Assembly: GCA_007694925.1 (NCBI GenBank) | Contig: REET01000127.1 | Coordinates: 1-48,850 of the forward strand | Length of the DNA: 48,850 bases | Direction of reading: 5' to 3' | From: Phycisphaerales bacterium | GTDB lineage: Bacteria > Planctomycetota > Phycisphaerae > Phycisphaerales > UBA1924 | Shown: positions 11,375-19,110 of the stretch, piece after piece | Numbering within the stretch: the stretch's first letter is position 1 | How the letters are laid out: each line of letters opens with the position of its first letter | Notes under the pieces: model-generated | What the model was told of the DNA's origin: nothing | Seen by the model: the letters and a program-made list of their open reading frames with translations, nothing else | The model's database searches: none | Translations under genes and position numbers: made by a program

Positions 11375-11415
11375 CCCCAGCCCCGGCGGTCCTGTGTAAG
11401 GCCGCTGGGGTTTTT
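11375..11415 (+). terminator. Rho-independent terminator about 200 nt downstream of bioY
   Basis: Stem ccccagc/gctgggg (11375-11381/11404-11410) with additional inner pairs, followed by ttttt (11411-11415). Confidence 0.5.
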
Positions 11416-11465
11416 CTCTCGCGCCCGAGGCTGTTCCAGCAAAAGCCCGGACACGGCTCGGCCCG

Positions 11466-11783
11466 TCAGTGCGGGTCTTCGAAGCCGACGAGGCCGATGG
11501 CGACAACCTCGCCGTCAATCACGGTGAGCACGACGCGTCGGGGGCCGTCGTTCCAGATGAAGGTGCGGGAATCCTCGACGAGTTCGGCGTGGCCCGGGAG
11601 GGCGTGCTCGCCGAAGCCGGGCGGGGGCTCGGGGCGCTCGTGGGCCGGTCCGAGGATGGCCTCGGCCTGGGCGAGGGTCATGCCGGTCTGGACGCGCGAG
11701 ACACGCTCGGGGGTGAGCGAGTCGGAGCGGCCGCAGCCGGAGAGGCAGCACGCCAGCAGGAGCAGGAGGGCGAGAGAGCGCAT
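11466..11783 (-). CDS. Small lipoprotein (hypothetical)
   Basis: This is the C-terminal part of ORF 11466..12299(-). ATG 11783 gives MRSLALLLLLACCLSGCGRS with lipobox LSGC. The product is 105 aa. Confidence 0.65.
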   Translation of the reverse strand: MRSLALLLLLACCLSGCGRSDSLTPERVSRVQTGMTLAQAEAILGPAHERPEPPPGFGEHALPGHAELVEDSRTFIWNDGPRRVVLTVIDGEVVAIGLVGFEDPH

Positions 11784-11845
11784 GGACGAGGATATGGAGG
11801 GGCCGGGCGCAGGGCGCGGGGGAAGAGCCCGATCACGCGTAGAAG

Positions 11846-11879
11846 GACGCCGATCTCTGAGCAACGCGAAGAGTCGGGT
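11846..11879. repeat. Left arm of a 34-bp inverted repeat
   Basis: gacgccgatctctgagcaacgcgaagagtcgggt. Its reverse complement matches 12898-12931 at 32 of 34 positions (hand alignment). Confidence 0.85.
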
Positions 11880-11887
11880 CGGTGAGA

Positions 11888-12811
11888 TCACCGGATGACA
11901 TAGACCGATCGCAAGGAAAAGACCGTAGTGATGTAGACCGACCATGTTTCGGTCTCGGGGTCGTAGTACCACCTCGTGACCCAGTTGCCGACGAGCTCTT
12001 CGGGGTACCGGACGATTAGGTGGCACTCGGCGACGAGCGCTTCGCCGTCTCGTTCGAGCACGGCTTCGATGCCGGATGTCGGTTTGACGAGTTGCATCGG
12101 GCCTCGCGCAGCGCTGACATTCCACCAATCGCGATCTCTGACCGAAGGATCTCTGAGCGCTCTGTGTCCATCGAACTCTTGCCGGTCCCTGATGCGCCGC
12201 ACGACGACCAGTGAGCCGGCGTCGCCGGTCCCGAAGCCGTCGGGGATCAGCCGCCATTTGGTCTTTGCCCGCCAGACATCCTCGACAAAATCGGGCCACG
12301 GCAGTTCGGGCGCTGCCGGCCAGTCTTCGTAAAGACGGTAAAATGTCCGTGTCTGGGGGTCGTGATGCGGCTCTGGATGCGGCTGAAAGTAGGGATTGCG
12401 ACCGATCTCATCGAGGTATGCGTCGGGCGTGGGCAGGCTGCGGACAACATAGTGGCGTGCGATGGCCTCGCGGAGCTTGCCCTTCAGTTCGTCATTCAAC
12501 ACGCCGCGCGGATCGTTGATCTTGTCGAGCACCTTCTCCGTGAAGACGGCTTCGCCGTCGGACGGGCTGACGAACGAGACCTCTTCTCGCCAACGCCGGT
12601 GGCGTTCGACCTCCAATTGTTCCCTGAAGGTCAGCGATCTGGGCTCGTCCGATAGCTCGTGCATCCAAAGGACACGGAAGTCCTCCCCGCGAGGAATGCC
12701 GTGCAACGATGGCCCCGGCGGCGCCGCGATGGCGTGGGACGCGAGCCCAAGCAAAGCGATGGCGAGGAGGCAAGCGGTTGCGAATCGTCGGAGTCCCTGC
12801 TCGTCCTGCAT
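11888..12811 (-). CDS. Hypothetical secreted protein (lower-GC gene between the inverted repeats)
   Basis: ORF 11888..12883(-). The likely start is ATG 12811 (MQDEQGLRRFATACLLAIALLGLASHAIAAPPGP signal peptide). Amino-acid composition is normal (W, Y, F, D, E rich). I recognise no family. Confidence 0.6.
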   Translation of the reverse strand: MQDEQGLRRFATACLLAIALLGLASHAIAAPPGPSLHGIPRGEDFRVLWMHELSDEPRSLTFREQLEVERHRRWREEVSFVSPSDGEAVFTEKVLDKINDPRGVLNDELKGKLREAIARHYVVRSLPTPDAYLDEIGRNPYFQPHPEPHHDPQTRTFYRLYEDWPAAPELPWPDFVEDVWRAKTKWRLIPDGFGTGDAGSLVVVRRIRDRQEFDGHRALRDPSVRDRDWWNVSAARGPMQLVKPTSGIEAVLERDGEALVAECHLIVRYPEELVGNWVTRWYYDPETETWSVYITTVFSLRSVYVIR

Positions 12812-12897
12812 CGGTGCAGCGTACAGAGACGAAAAGAATCTGTCAACACAAAAGATATTCGCTTTTCGCCCCGAATAGCACACCCTTGTTAGCTCGA

Positions 12898-12931
12898 ACC
12901 CGACTCTTCGCTTCGCTCAGAGATCGGCGTC
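12898..12931. repeat. Right arm of a 34-bp inverted repeat
   Basis: acccgactcttcgcttcgctcagagatcggcgtc. It pairs with 11846-11879. Confidence 0.85.
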
Positions 12932-12949
12932 AGGGGACCGCGGAAGGGG

Positions 12950-13489
12950 CTATGCAAAGATCTCCGCCAACGCCTGCTGCCTGAACGCGAAGATCTTCTT
13001 GACATCCCGCCTCACCAGCAGCGCGTCGATCAGCGGGCCGCCGAGGTGGGCGTAGTGGACGATGTCGCGGCAGCGCGTCCGCCCCTCGCCGATCGGCTCG
13101 AAGGTGTGCTCGTGGTGCCAGAGCCGGTAGGGGCCCTTGAGCTGGGTGTCGACGAAGCGGACGGGGGGCTCCCACACCGCGATGCGTGTGCGCCACTTCA
13201 TGGGCAAGCCGCGGAGACGGAGGCGGTACTCGATCAACGCGTCCTTGCGCATGTCGATCGGGGCGGGCGTGGTGACGCTGAAGCGGAGGAGCGGGGGCGT
13301 GATGCGTTCGAGGTTGTGGGCGTCGGCGAAGAAGGGGAAGATCTCTTCGCGGGGTCGGTCGATGACGGTCTCGAACTCCAGCCGCACGGCACGACCCTTG
13401 AAGACACCGACCCCGGGCAGGTCCGGATCACGGACGACGGATTCTGTGGATACTTCGCTTGGTTGCGGTGTGGTTGCGATGGTGGTCAT
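12950..13489 (-). CDS. SRPBCC (START/polyketide-cyclase-like) family protein
   Basis: 179 aa. RPREEIFPFFADAHNLERITPP ... GPYRLWHHEHTFEP is typical of the SRPBCC family. Confidence 0.75.
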   Translation of the reverse strand: MTTIATTPQPSEVSTESVVRDPDLPGVGVFKGRAVRLEFETVIDRPREEIFPFFADAHNLERITPPLLRFSVTTPAPIDMRKDALIEYRLRLRGLPMKWRTRIAVWEPPVRFVDTQLKGPYRLWHHEHTFEPIGEGRTRCRDIVHYAHLGGPLIDALLVRRDVKKIFAFRQQALAEIFA

Positions 13490-13538
13490 GGCGTGGGGGT
13501 TTCGGCAGGCGAACCCCTCTGGATGCCATGCGGATCGA

Positions 13539-14546
13539 CTACTGGATCCTCGGGTCCACGAAGGCGTAGAGGATGTCCACCAGCAGGTTCAGCAGGATCA
13601 GCAGCGTCGAGAAGACCAGCACGACGCCCATGATCATGAACAGGTCCTTGTTGCGCACGGCGTTGACGAAGTGCTGGCCGATGCCCGGCACGAAGAAGAC
13701 GCGTTCGACCACGAACGAGCCGGTCATCGCAAGAGCCGTCGCCGGGCCGAGGAAGCTGAGCACGGGGAGGAAGGCGTTTTTGAGGGCGTGCTTGAAGAGG
13801 ACCTTGTTCTCGCTCAGGCCCTTGGCCCTGGCGGTGCGGATGTAGTCTGCGCCCAGGGCGTCGATCATGCCCATGCGGGTCAGGCGGGCGATGTACGCCG
13901 CGAAGGGGAAGCTCAGCGCGACCGTCGGCAGGATCATCTGCGAGGGCGAGCCCCAGCCCCCGGTGGGGAAAATCGGGATGAGCACGCCGAAGAGCAGAAG
14001 CAAAACCGTCCCGATCACGAAGCTGGGCAGGCTGATGCCGATCAGCGCGATCACGAGCGTGGAGATGTCCAGGAACGAGTTTGGTTTGACGGCGCCGATC
14101 ACGCCCGCGCCGATCCCGATGAACAGCGCAAGGATGATCGCGGCGATCCCCAGCGTCGCCGAGACCGGCAGCGAGGAGCCGATCATCTCGTTCACGCGCC
14201 AGTCGCGGTACTGCAGGCTCGGGCCGAGGTCGAAGATGTAACGCTCGCGCGGGGCGACGCCGACTTCGCGCGCCGATTCGGCCTCGCGCCGGATCTCGCC
14301 GCTCGCCAGATCGGAAAGGTACTGCACGCCGGTGGCGCTTTTGAGGTACGAGAAGTAGAACGACCAAAAACTGTCGAGGTTGTACTGGGCGCGCATCGCC
14401 TCCTGCACCTCGGCGGGGGGCTGGCGGCCCTCGGGGTTTTCCAGAGGATCGCCGGGCACGGCCCAGGCGAGGGTCAGCGTGAGGGTGTAGATCACCAGCA
14501 GGATGAAGGGGAGCTGCGCCAGACGGCGCAGGATGGTGCTCATCAT
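13539..14546 (-). CDS. ABC peptide/nickel-type transporter permease (OppB/DppB-like)
   Basis: 335 aa. It has an N-terminal ...PGDP... segment and the EAA-type loop ADYIRTARAKGLSENKVLFKHALKNA. The start overlaps the upstream stop (ATGATGA). Confidence 0.9.
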   Translation of the reverse strand: MMSTILRRLAQLPFILLVIYTLTLTLAWAVPGDPLENPEGRQPPAEVQEAMRAQYNLDSFWSFYFSYLKSATGVQYLSDLASGEIRREAESAREVGVAPRERYIFDLGPSLQYRDWRVNEMIGSSLPVSATLGIAAIILALFIGIGAGVIGAVKPNSFLDISTLVIALIGISLPSFVIGTVLLLLFGVLIPIFPTGGWGSPSQMILPTVALSFPFAAYIARLTRMGMIDALGADYIRTARAKGLSENKVLFKHALKNAFLPVLSFLGPATALAMTGSFVVERVFFVPGIGQHFVNAVRNKDLFMIMGVVLVFSTLLILLNLLVDILYAFVDPRIQ

Positions 14547-16756
14547 CGTGAAGGGTTCCTGCTGTCTGTGCCGGCCTGCGCCGGTGCGGCTGGGCTGTCC
14601 TTGCCGGCCTTCGCCGGTGCGGCGGTGCTATCGGGATCTTCGCCGTTGTCGTTCTGCGGTGTCGGTGCTCTCGGCGGCAAGGCTCTTGCGACGCCGGGAC
14701 CGATCGGCTCGTCGAACACCTGTGCGAGGAACGGGTTCTGCACCGATCGCGGGTGGCTGGTGATGCCCGAGAGGCGGTGCGGGTCGAACATGTAGACATT
14801 GGAGTAGTGGAAGACCGGCGCCATCGGCAGATCGTCCTCCATGATGATCCGTTCGGCCTCATGCAGCAGCTCCATCCGCCGGACGGGGTCGGCCTCGATC
14901 GCGGCCTTGTCGAGCAGGGCGTCGTACTCGGGGTTGGAGTAGTTGCGGTCGTTGTTGCCGTCGCCGGTGCGGTTGATGCCGAGGAAGGTGGAGGGGTCGC
15001 CGTAGTCGCCGTACCAGCCGGCGCGGGCGGTCATGAAGTTCTGGTTCTTCAGGTCGTCGCGGAAGACCTGCAGGTCCTTGGCGACCAGGCGTGTCGAGAC
15101 GCCGAGGTTGGTCTCCCAGCTCGAGGCGACGACCTGGGCGATCAGGTCGTGCCCGCCCTCCTGGTTGAACAGCAGCTCGACGGTGGGGAAGCGCGAGGGG
15201 TCAGAGCCCATGCCCATGTCGCGCATCGCCTCGATCAGAAGCGAGCGGGCCTCGTCGGCGATCTCGCGGCGCTCTTCGGGGGTCGCCGCGTCGCAGATAG
15301 AACGCAGGCCCCGAGGCGGCTCGTACCCCGCGACCGAGCCGGGCGGCGTCAGCGAGTACGCCTTGCGCTCGTCGATCCGGCGCACATCCCGCACGATCGC
15401 TTTTCTGTCGATCGCCATAGAAAAAGCGCGCCGGACGCGTGCGTCGCGGAAGGGGTTGTCGCGTCCGTCGTTGAGCTTGTCGTTGCAGTTGAAGTTGTAG
15501 AAATAGCTGCCGAACGCGGGGATCACATGGATGTGCAGGCGCGGGTCGGGCGGGAGGTGGCGGTCGATCTCGAACTGGTCGTACCCCTTGGCCCGCAGCT
15601 CCTCGACGAGGTCCCTGTGCTCCTCGTAGTAGGCCTTCTTGGCCTCCCACATGGCGCCGCGGTAGGCGACCTCGACATTGCTCATCCAGTCGATGCGTCC
15701 GGTCTGGAAGGCGAGGACCTGCGCGTTGCTGTCCTCGATCGACGGGGTCTCGATGCTCTGGATCTTCAGCGCCTCGCGGTTCCAGTAGTGGGGGTTCTGC
15801 TCGAAGCGCATGTCGCGCCGGAACCGCCAAAGCTTCAGTTCGAACGGCCCGTTGGAGACGATGTGCTCGGGCTTGGTCCAGGCGCCGAGGATCACGAGCG
15901 TGCCGGTCTCGGGGTTCGGCTCTTCGAAGCGGCTGACGACCGGCTCGTAGACCGGGTACATCGTGCCGAAGGCGCAGATATCGAGGAAGTAAGGCGTCGG
16001 GCGGTAGACGGTGATTTCGAGCGTGCGGTCGTCGATCGCGCGCATGCCCACGCCGTTGTCGAGCAGCCAGGGCGAGTTCTCGTCGTCCAGGCCGAGGCGC
16101 TCGCGCCGGACAGGGTCGGCAATGCGTGCGCGGGCCGCCTCGCCCGAGAGCCCGTGCTCGAAGGCGTCGATCGTTTCGGCGAAGAGGGCTTCGGCCGCGG
16201 CTCTGTTGCGCTCGGCCGCGGGGCGGGCCTGGTACTCGGTGAGCATCGCCTGTCGGAGTTGGTGAAACTGGGCCGCGCCACGGACGAGCTCGAAAAACTT
16301 CATGTAGGGCGAGGCGGTGTCGGGGAGCATGCCGCGCCGCCAGGCGTAGACGAAGTCGCCGGCGGTCACCGGGCTGCCGTTGGACCACTTGGCGTTGTCG
16401 CGCAGGTAAAAGGTGTAGACCTCGCGCGTCGCGGTGCGCTGCTGGCCCCGCTCGTTGAGCACGGGGCCGCCCATCGCGTTGACGAGGGGTTCCTCGACGC
16501 GCCGGATCTCCCAGCGTTCGGCGACGGCCGGCTGGACATCGAAGCCCCACGAGAAGATGTCGGTCTGGACGAGGCCCTCGAAGAGGATGCGCGTGGCGCG
16601 CAGGTCCTGCATCCAGCTCATCCGCTGGGGGTCCAGTGTGTTGACATCGCTGGCGTTGATGAAGACAAAGTCCGCCCTGGGGGGCGAGCGGTCGAGCCCG
16701 ATCACCACCCCGAGCAGCAGCACGAGCGCAAACAACGGAACCAGGAGGCGTGTCAT
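14543..16756 (-). CDS. ABC transporter substrate-binding protein, family 5 (OppA-like), with low-complexity C-terminal tail
   Basis: 737 aa. It has an N-terminal signal anchor (MTRLLVPLFALVLLLGVVIG), a family-5 SBP-like body and an Ala/Pro-rich tail. Confidence 0.85.
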   Translation of the reverse strand: MTRLLVPLFALVLLLGVVIGLDRSPPRADFVFINASDVNTLDPQRMSWMQDLRATRILFEGLVQTDIFSWGFDVQPAVAERWEIRRVEEPLVNAMGGPVLNERGQQRTATREVYTFYLRDNAKWSNGSPVTAGDFVYAWRRGMLPDTASPYMKFFELVRGAAQFHQLRQAMLTEYQARPAAERNRAAAEALFAETIDAFEHGLSGEAARARIADPVRRERLGLDDENSPWLLDNGVGMRAIDDRTLEITVYRPTPYFLDICAFGTMYPVYEPVVSRFEEPNPETGTLVILGAWTKPEHIVSNGPFELKLWRFRRDMRFEQNPHYWNREALKIQSIETPSIEDSNAQVLAFQTGRIDWMSNVEVAYRGAMWEAKKAYYEEHRDLVEELRAKGYDQFEIDRHLPPDPRLHIHVIPAFGSYFYNFNCNDKLNDGRDNPFRDARVRRAFSMAIDRKAIVRDVRRIDERKAYSLTPPGSVAGYEPPRGLRSICDAATPEERREIADEARSLLIEAMRDMGMGSDPSRFPTVELLFNQEGGHDLIAQVVASSWETNLGVSTRLVAKDLQVFRDDLKNQNFMTARAGWYGDYGDPSTFLGINRTGDGNNDRNYSNPEYDALLDKAAIEADPVRRMELLHEAERIIMEDDLPMAPVFHYSNVYMFDPHRLSGITSHPRSVQNPFLAQVFDEPIGPGVARALPPRAPTPQNDNGEDPDSTAAPAKAGKDSPAAPAQAGTDSRNPSR

Positions 16757-16797
16757 CGCCCGTAGGGTAACCGCCGGGGCGGGGGCTGTGGGCGCTC

Positions 16798-17919
16798 TTA
16801 GCGGGGGAACTGGCCCGTGCTGAACTCGAACGGCGGACGCACGAGCACGCCCTGAGCGCCGATCACCTGGTCCGCGGCGGTGCGGAACCTGTCGCGACGC
16901 CCATCAGCGCCCATCGCGTCTCGCAGGCCGAACTGGCGGCGCTGGGCCCTGGGGTCCAGCAGGCTCCACGAGAAGACAACCACATTCTCCGAGGCGCCCA
17001 CGATCTGCTGCAGTCGCTGCACCTCTTCGGAGCTCAGGCCACCGGCGTTCAGGCGACGCTCGGCGTAGGCGATCAGTTGCCCGCTGAGCAGGCCGGAGGC
17101 ACGCAGCGCCTCGGGCGAGAGCGTGCCGCGGTTGACGCTGGCGAAGACCGTCTCGGCCCCGCGGAGCATCGAGAGCTCCATCTCGGCGTTGGGGCGCGCG
17201 GCCTCGGCGTTCTGCACACGCTCGGCGAGGCGATCGCCGAGGACGCGTGTCGCGGCGTTGCGGAGGTTGGCGAACTCGCGGCGCTGGTTGGTCGCGCCGG
17301 CGCCGATCGAGCGGATGACGCGGTCGAGCACCAGCGGGTTTTCTTCGCTCGCGAGGCGCTCGCCGAGGCGGTTGACGAGGTTTGTCAGCTGCTGCTCGTT
17401 CATCGCCGGCGCGCCATCGGCCGCGACGCGAAGCGTCTCGCCCAAAGACGAAGCCGCGGCGTAACGGACCACCTCGTCCTCTGAGGCGAGGCGTTCGATC
17501 GCCAGCTGGCTGGCGGGGCTTGTCGCCAGCTCGCCCGCGAGCAGGAGGGCGACGGTCGCCACGCCACGATCCTGGTTGTCGGCCAGACGCCGGAGCTCGG
17601 GCACGAGCTGGGCGCTGTAGGCCAGGCGGAAGCTCACGGTCACCCCGCGGGCGGTCAGCGGCCTGCGGAGCTCGCGCCGCGCGGCCCGGCGATGGTCGAT
17701 GTTCTCGGCCGTCAGCCTCGGCAGATGCTCGCTGACATAGGTCCGCACCTGGCGCACCTCGTCCGGGGTGAGCTCCGAGGGCTTGGAGATCAGCCCCTCG
17801 GGGATCGACGCGCGTCCGGCCTGGGCCATCGCGGGGAGGGCCGAGAGACAGACCACGCCGAGGGCGAGGATCACGCTCAGCCCGCGGAAGCCGCGGACCC
17901 GCGCGGGGCGTGCAGTCAC
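16798..17919 (-). CDS. Hypothetical exported alpha-helical repeat protein
   Basis: ORF 16798..18165(-). GTG 17919 gives VTARPARVRGFRGLSVILALGVVCLSALPAMAQAG. The longer start would overlap the 3' end of the FNR gene. The body is Leu/Ala/Arg-rich and looks like a helical repeat. Confidence 0.55.
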   Translation of the reverse strand: MTARPARVRGFRGLSVILALGVVCLSALPAMAQAGRASIPEGLISKPSELTPDEVRQVRTYVSEHLPRLTAENIDHRRAARRELRRPLTARGVTVSFRLAYSAQLVPELRRLADNQDRGVATVALLLAGELATSPASQLAIERLASEDEVVRYAAASSLGETLRVAADGAPAMNEQQLTNLVNRLGERLASEENPLVLDRVIRSIGAGATNQRREFANLRNAATRVLGDRLAERVQNAEAARPNAEMELSMLRGAETVFASVNRGTLSPEALRASGLLSGQLIAYAERRLNAGGLSSEEVQRLQQIVGASENVVVFSWSLLDPRAQRRQFGLRDAMGADGRRDRFRTAADQVIGAQGVLVRPPFEFSTGQFPR

Positions 17920-18098
17920 GCTCGCGTCATGCACCTGTTGATTCCTTCCGAAAGAAACATCGCCGTGCGGGGCCCGGCCCGAACGCTCGGCGCGCCCGTC
18001 GGGGACGCGACGAAACCTACCAGCGGCCGGGGGGCCGGTCAACCCGGCGAGGTCCGCTCCGGACCCCGCCTCGGATCTGCCGGCCCGTCTGCGGCCCA

Positions 18099-19064
18099 TC
18101 AATACACCTCCGTGAAGACCCGCTTGGTCGGCCGGATCTTCTTGTGGAGCATCCGTCGGTCCCACGAGCGGATATCGGACATCGCCTCCGCGTCCACCTC
18201 CAGGTACTGCTCAAGCGCGTGGTCGGGCAGGATCTGGGCGAGCTTCTGGAAGATCCCGATCTCCATGCCCGCGACGCCGCAGATGTAGATCAGCGTCCGC
18301 TCATGACGCAGCAGGGCTTCGAGCCTGTCGCGTTCGGTCTGCAGGCGGTCCTGGACATACATCGGGTCGTGCCCGTCGGGCTGGTTTTCGCGGCTGATGG
18401 CGGTGAGGTAGGTGAACTTCTCCGAGCGGGCGTCAAGATCCGTGAACCGGCCGTGGTAGAGCAGGTCCGAGCGGTAGGGCGAGCCCATCACCAGCACGGT
18501 CTCGGAGGGCATGCCCAGCGCGTCGAGGTCGCCGAGCATCCCCCTGAACGGCGCGATGCCGGTGCCGGTCGCGAAGAAGAGGTAGTCGTGTGCGGCGGGG
18601 TCTTCGGGGAGGACGAACCGCTTGCCGCTGGGCCCGGAGAGGCGGATTTTCTCGCCCACCTGCAGGTCGGCGAGGTAGTTCGAGGCGACGCCGAGGAAGA
18701 GCTTGCCCGTCTCCCAGTCTTCGTCGATGGTGCGTTTGACGGTGGTGGAGACGACCGAGCCTTGGCCGTCCTCGCCAGCGGAGGGGCAGGCGAGGGAGTA
18801 GAGGCGGAGCTTGTGGGGCTTGCCCTTCTCGTCGTGGCCGGGCGGGAAGACACCGAAGGACTGCCCGGCGCGGAAGCCGCCGGCGAGGGGGGTGCCCGAG
18901 ACATCGATCTCGATGTGGCGGACGAACCCCGCGCTTTTGCGTTCGGTGCAGCGTTCGTTGGAGACAACGACCCCTTCGACGGGGTCGTTCGGCTTGACGG
19001 TGTTGAGGCGGACCTCCGGGAGCTTGGGCTCTCCGGGGATCGCTGTGGTCTTTGTGGGAGTCAT
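18099..19064 (-). CDS. Ferredoxin-NADP(+) reductase, plant type
   Basis: FAD motif RLYSLAC, NADP motif FFATGTGIAPFRG, ICGVAGM, and the C-terminal ...FTEVY aromatic terminus. Confidence 0.85.
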   Translation of the reverse strand: MTPTKTTAIPGEPKLPEVRLNTVKPNDPVEGVVVSNERCTERKSAGFVRHIEIDVSGTPLAGGFRAGQSFGVFPPGHDEKGKPHKLRLYSLACPSAGEDGQGSVVSTTVKRTIDEDWETGKLFLGVASNYLADLQVGEKIRLSGPSGKRFVLPEDPAAHDYLFFATGTGIAPFRGMLGDLDALGMPSETVLVMGSPYRSDLLYHGRFTDLDARSEKFTYLTAISRENQPDGHDPMYVQDRLQTERDRLEALLRHERTLIYICGVAGMEIGIFQKLAQILPDHALEQYLEVDAEAMSDIRSWDRRMLHKKIRPTKRVFTEVY

Positions 19065-19110
19065 CGACGGAGTGTTCGTACGCCGGGGGCGAGAAGATGT
19101 TCGGGAGTGA

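Noticed and set aside
11841-12936. Target-site duplication flanking the 34-bp inverted repeats
   Set aside because: The flanking pentamers (agaag and agggg) match at only 3 of 5 positions. No clean direct repeat is present, so transposition cannot be claimed from this evidence.
14570-14623. Two 21-bp near-identical direct repeats (gccggcctgcgccggtgcggc and gccggccttcgccggtgcggc) spaced 33 nt apart
   Set aside because: They lie in frame within the Ala/Pro-rich C-terminal tail of the OppA-like protein (AAPAKAGKDSP / AAPAQAGTDS). This is a simple internal duplication of low-complexity coding sequence.
14753-16765. 670-aa plus-strand ORF. Similar long ORFs occur at 19141-21354, 31679-33781, 2860-4689, 13137-14795, 44044-45621, 33765-34880 and 46268-47557.
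   Set aside because: Each is antisense to a gene with recognisable motifs or normal composition. All share the Arg/Gly/Ala/Asp/Pro-heavy composition of non-coding frames. A GC3/frame-plot calculation would confirm this.
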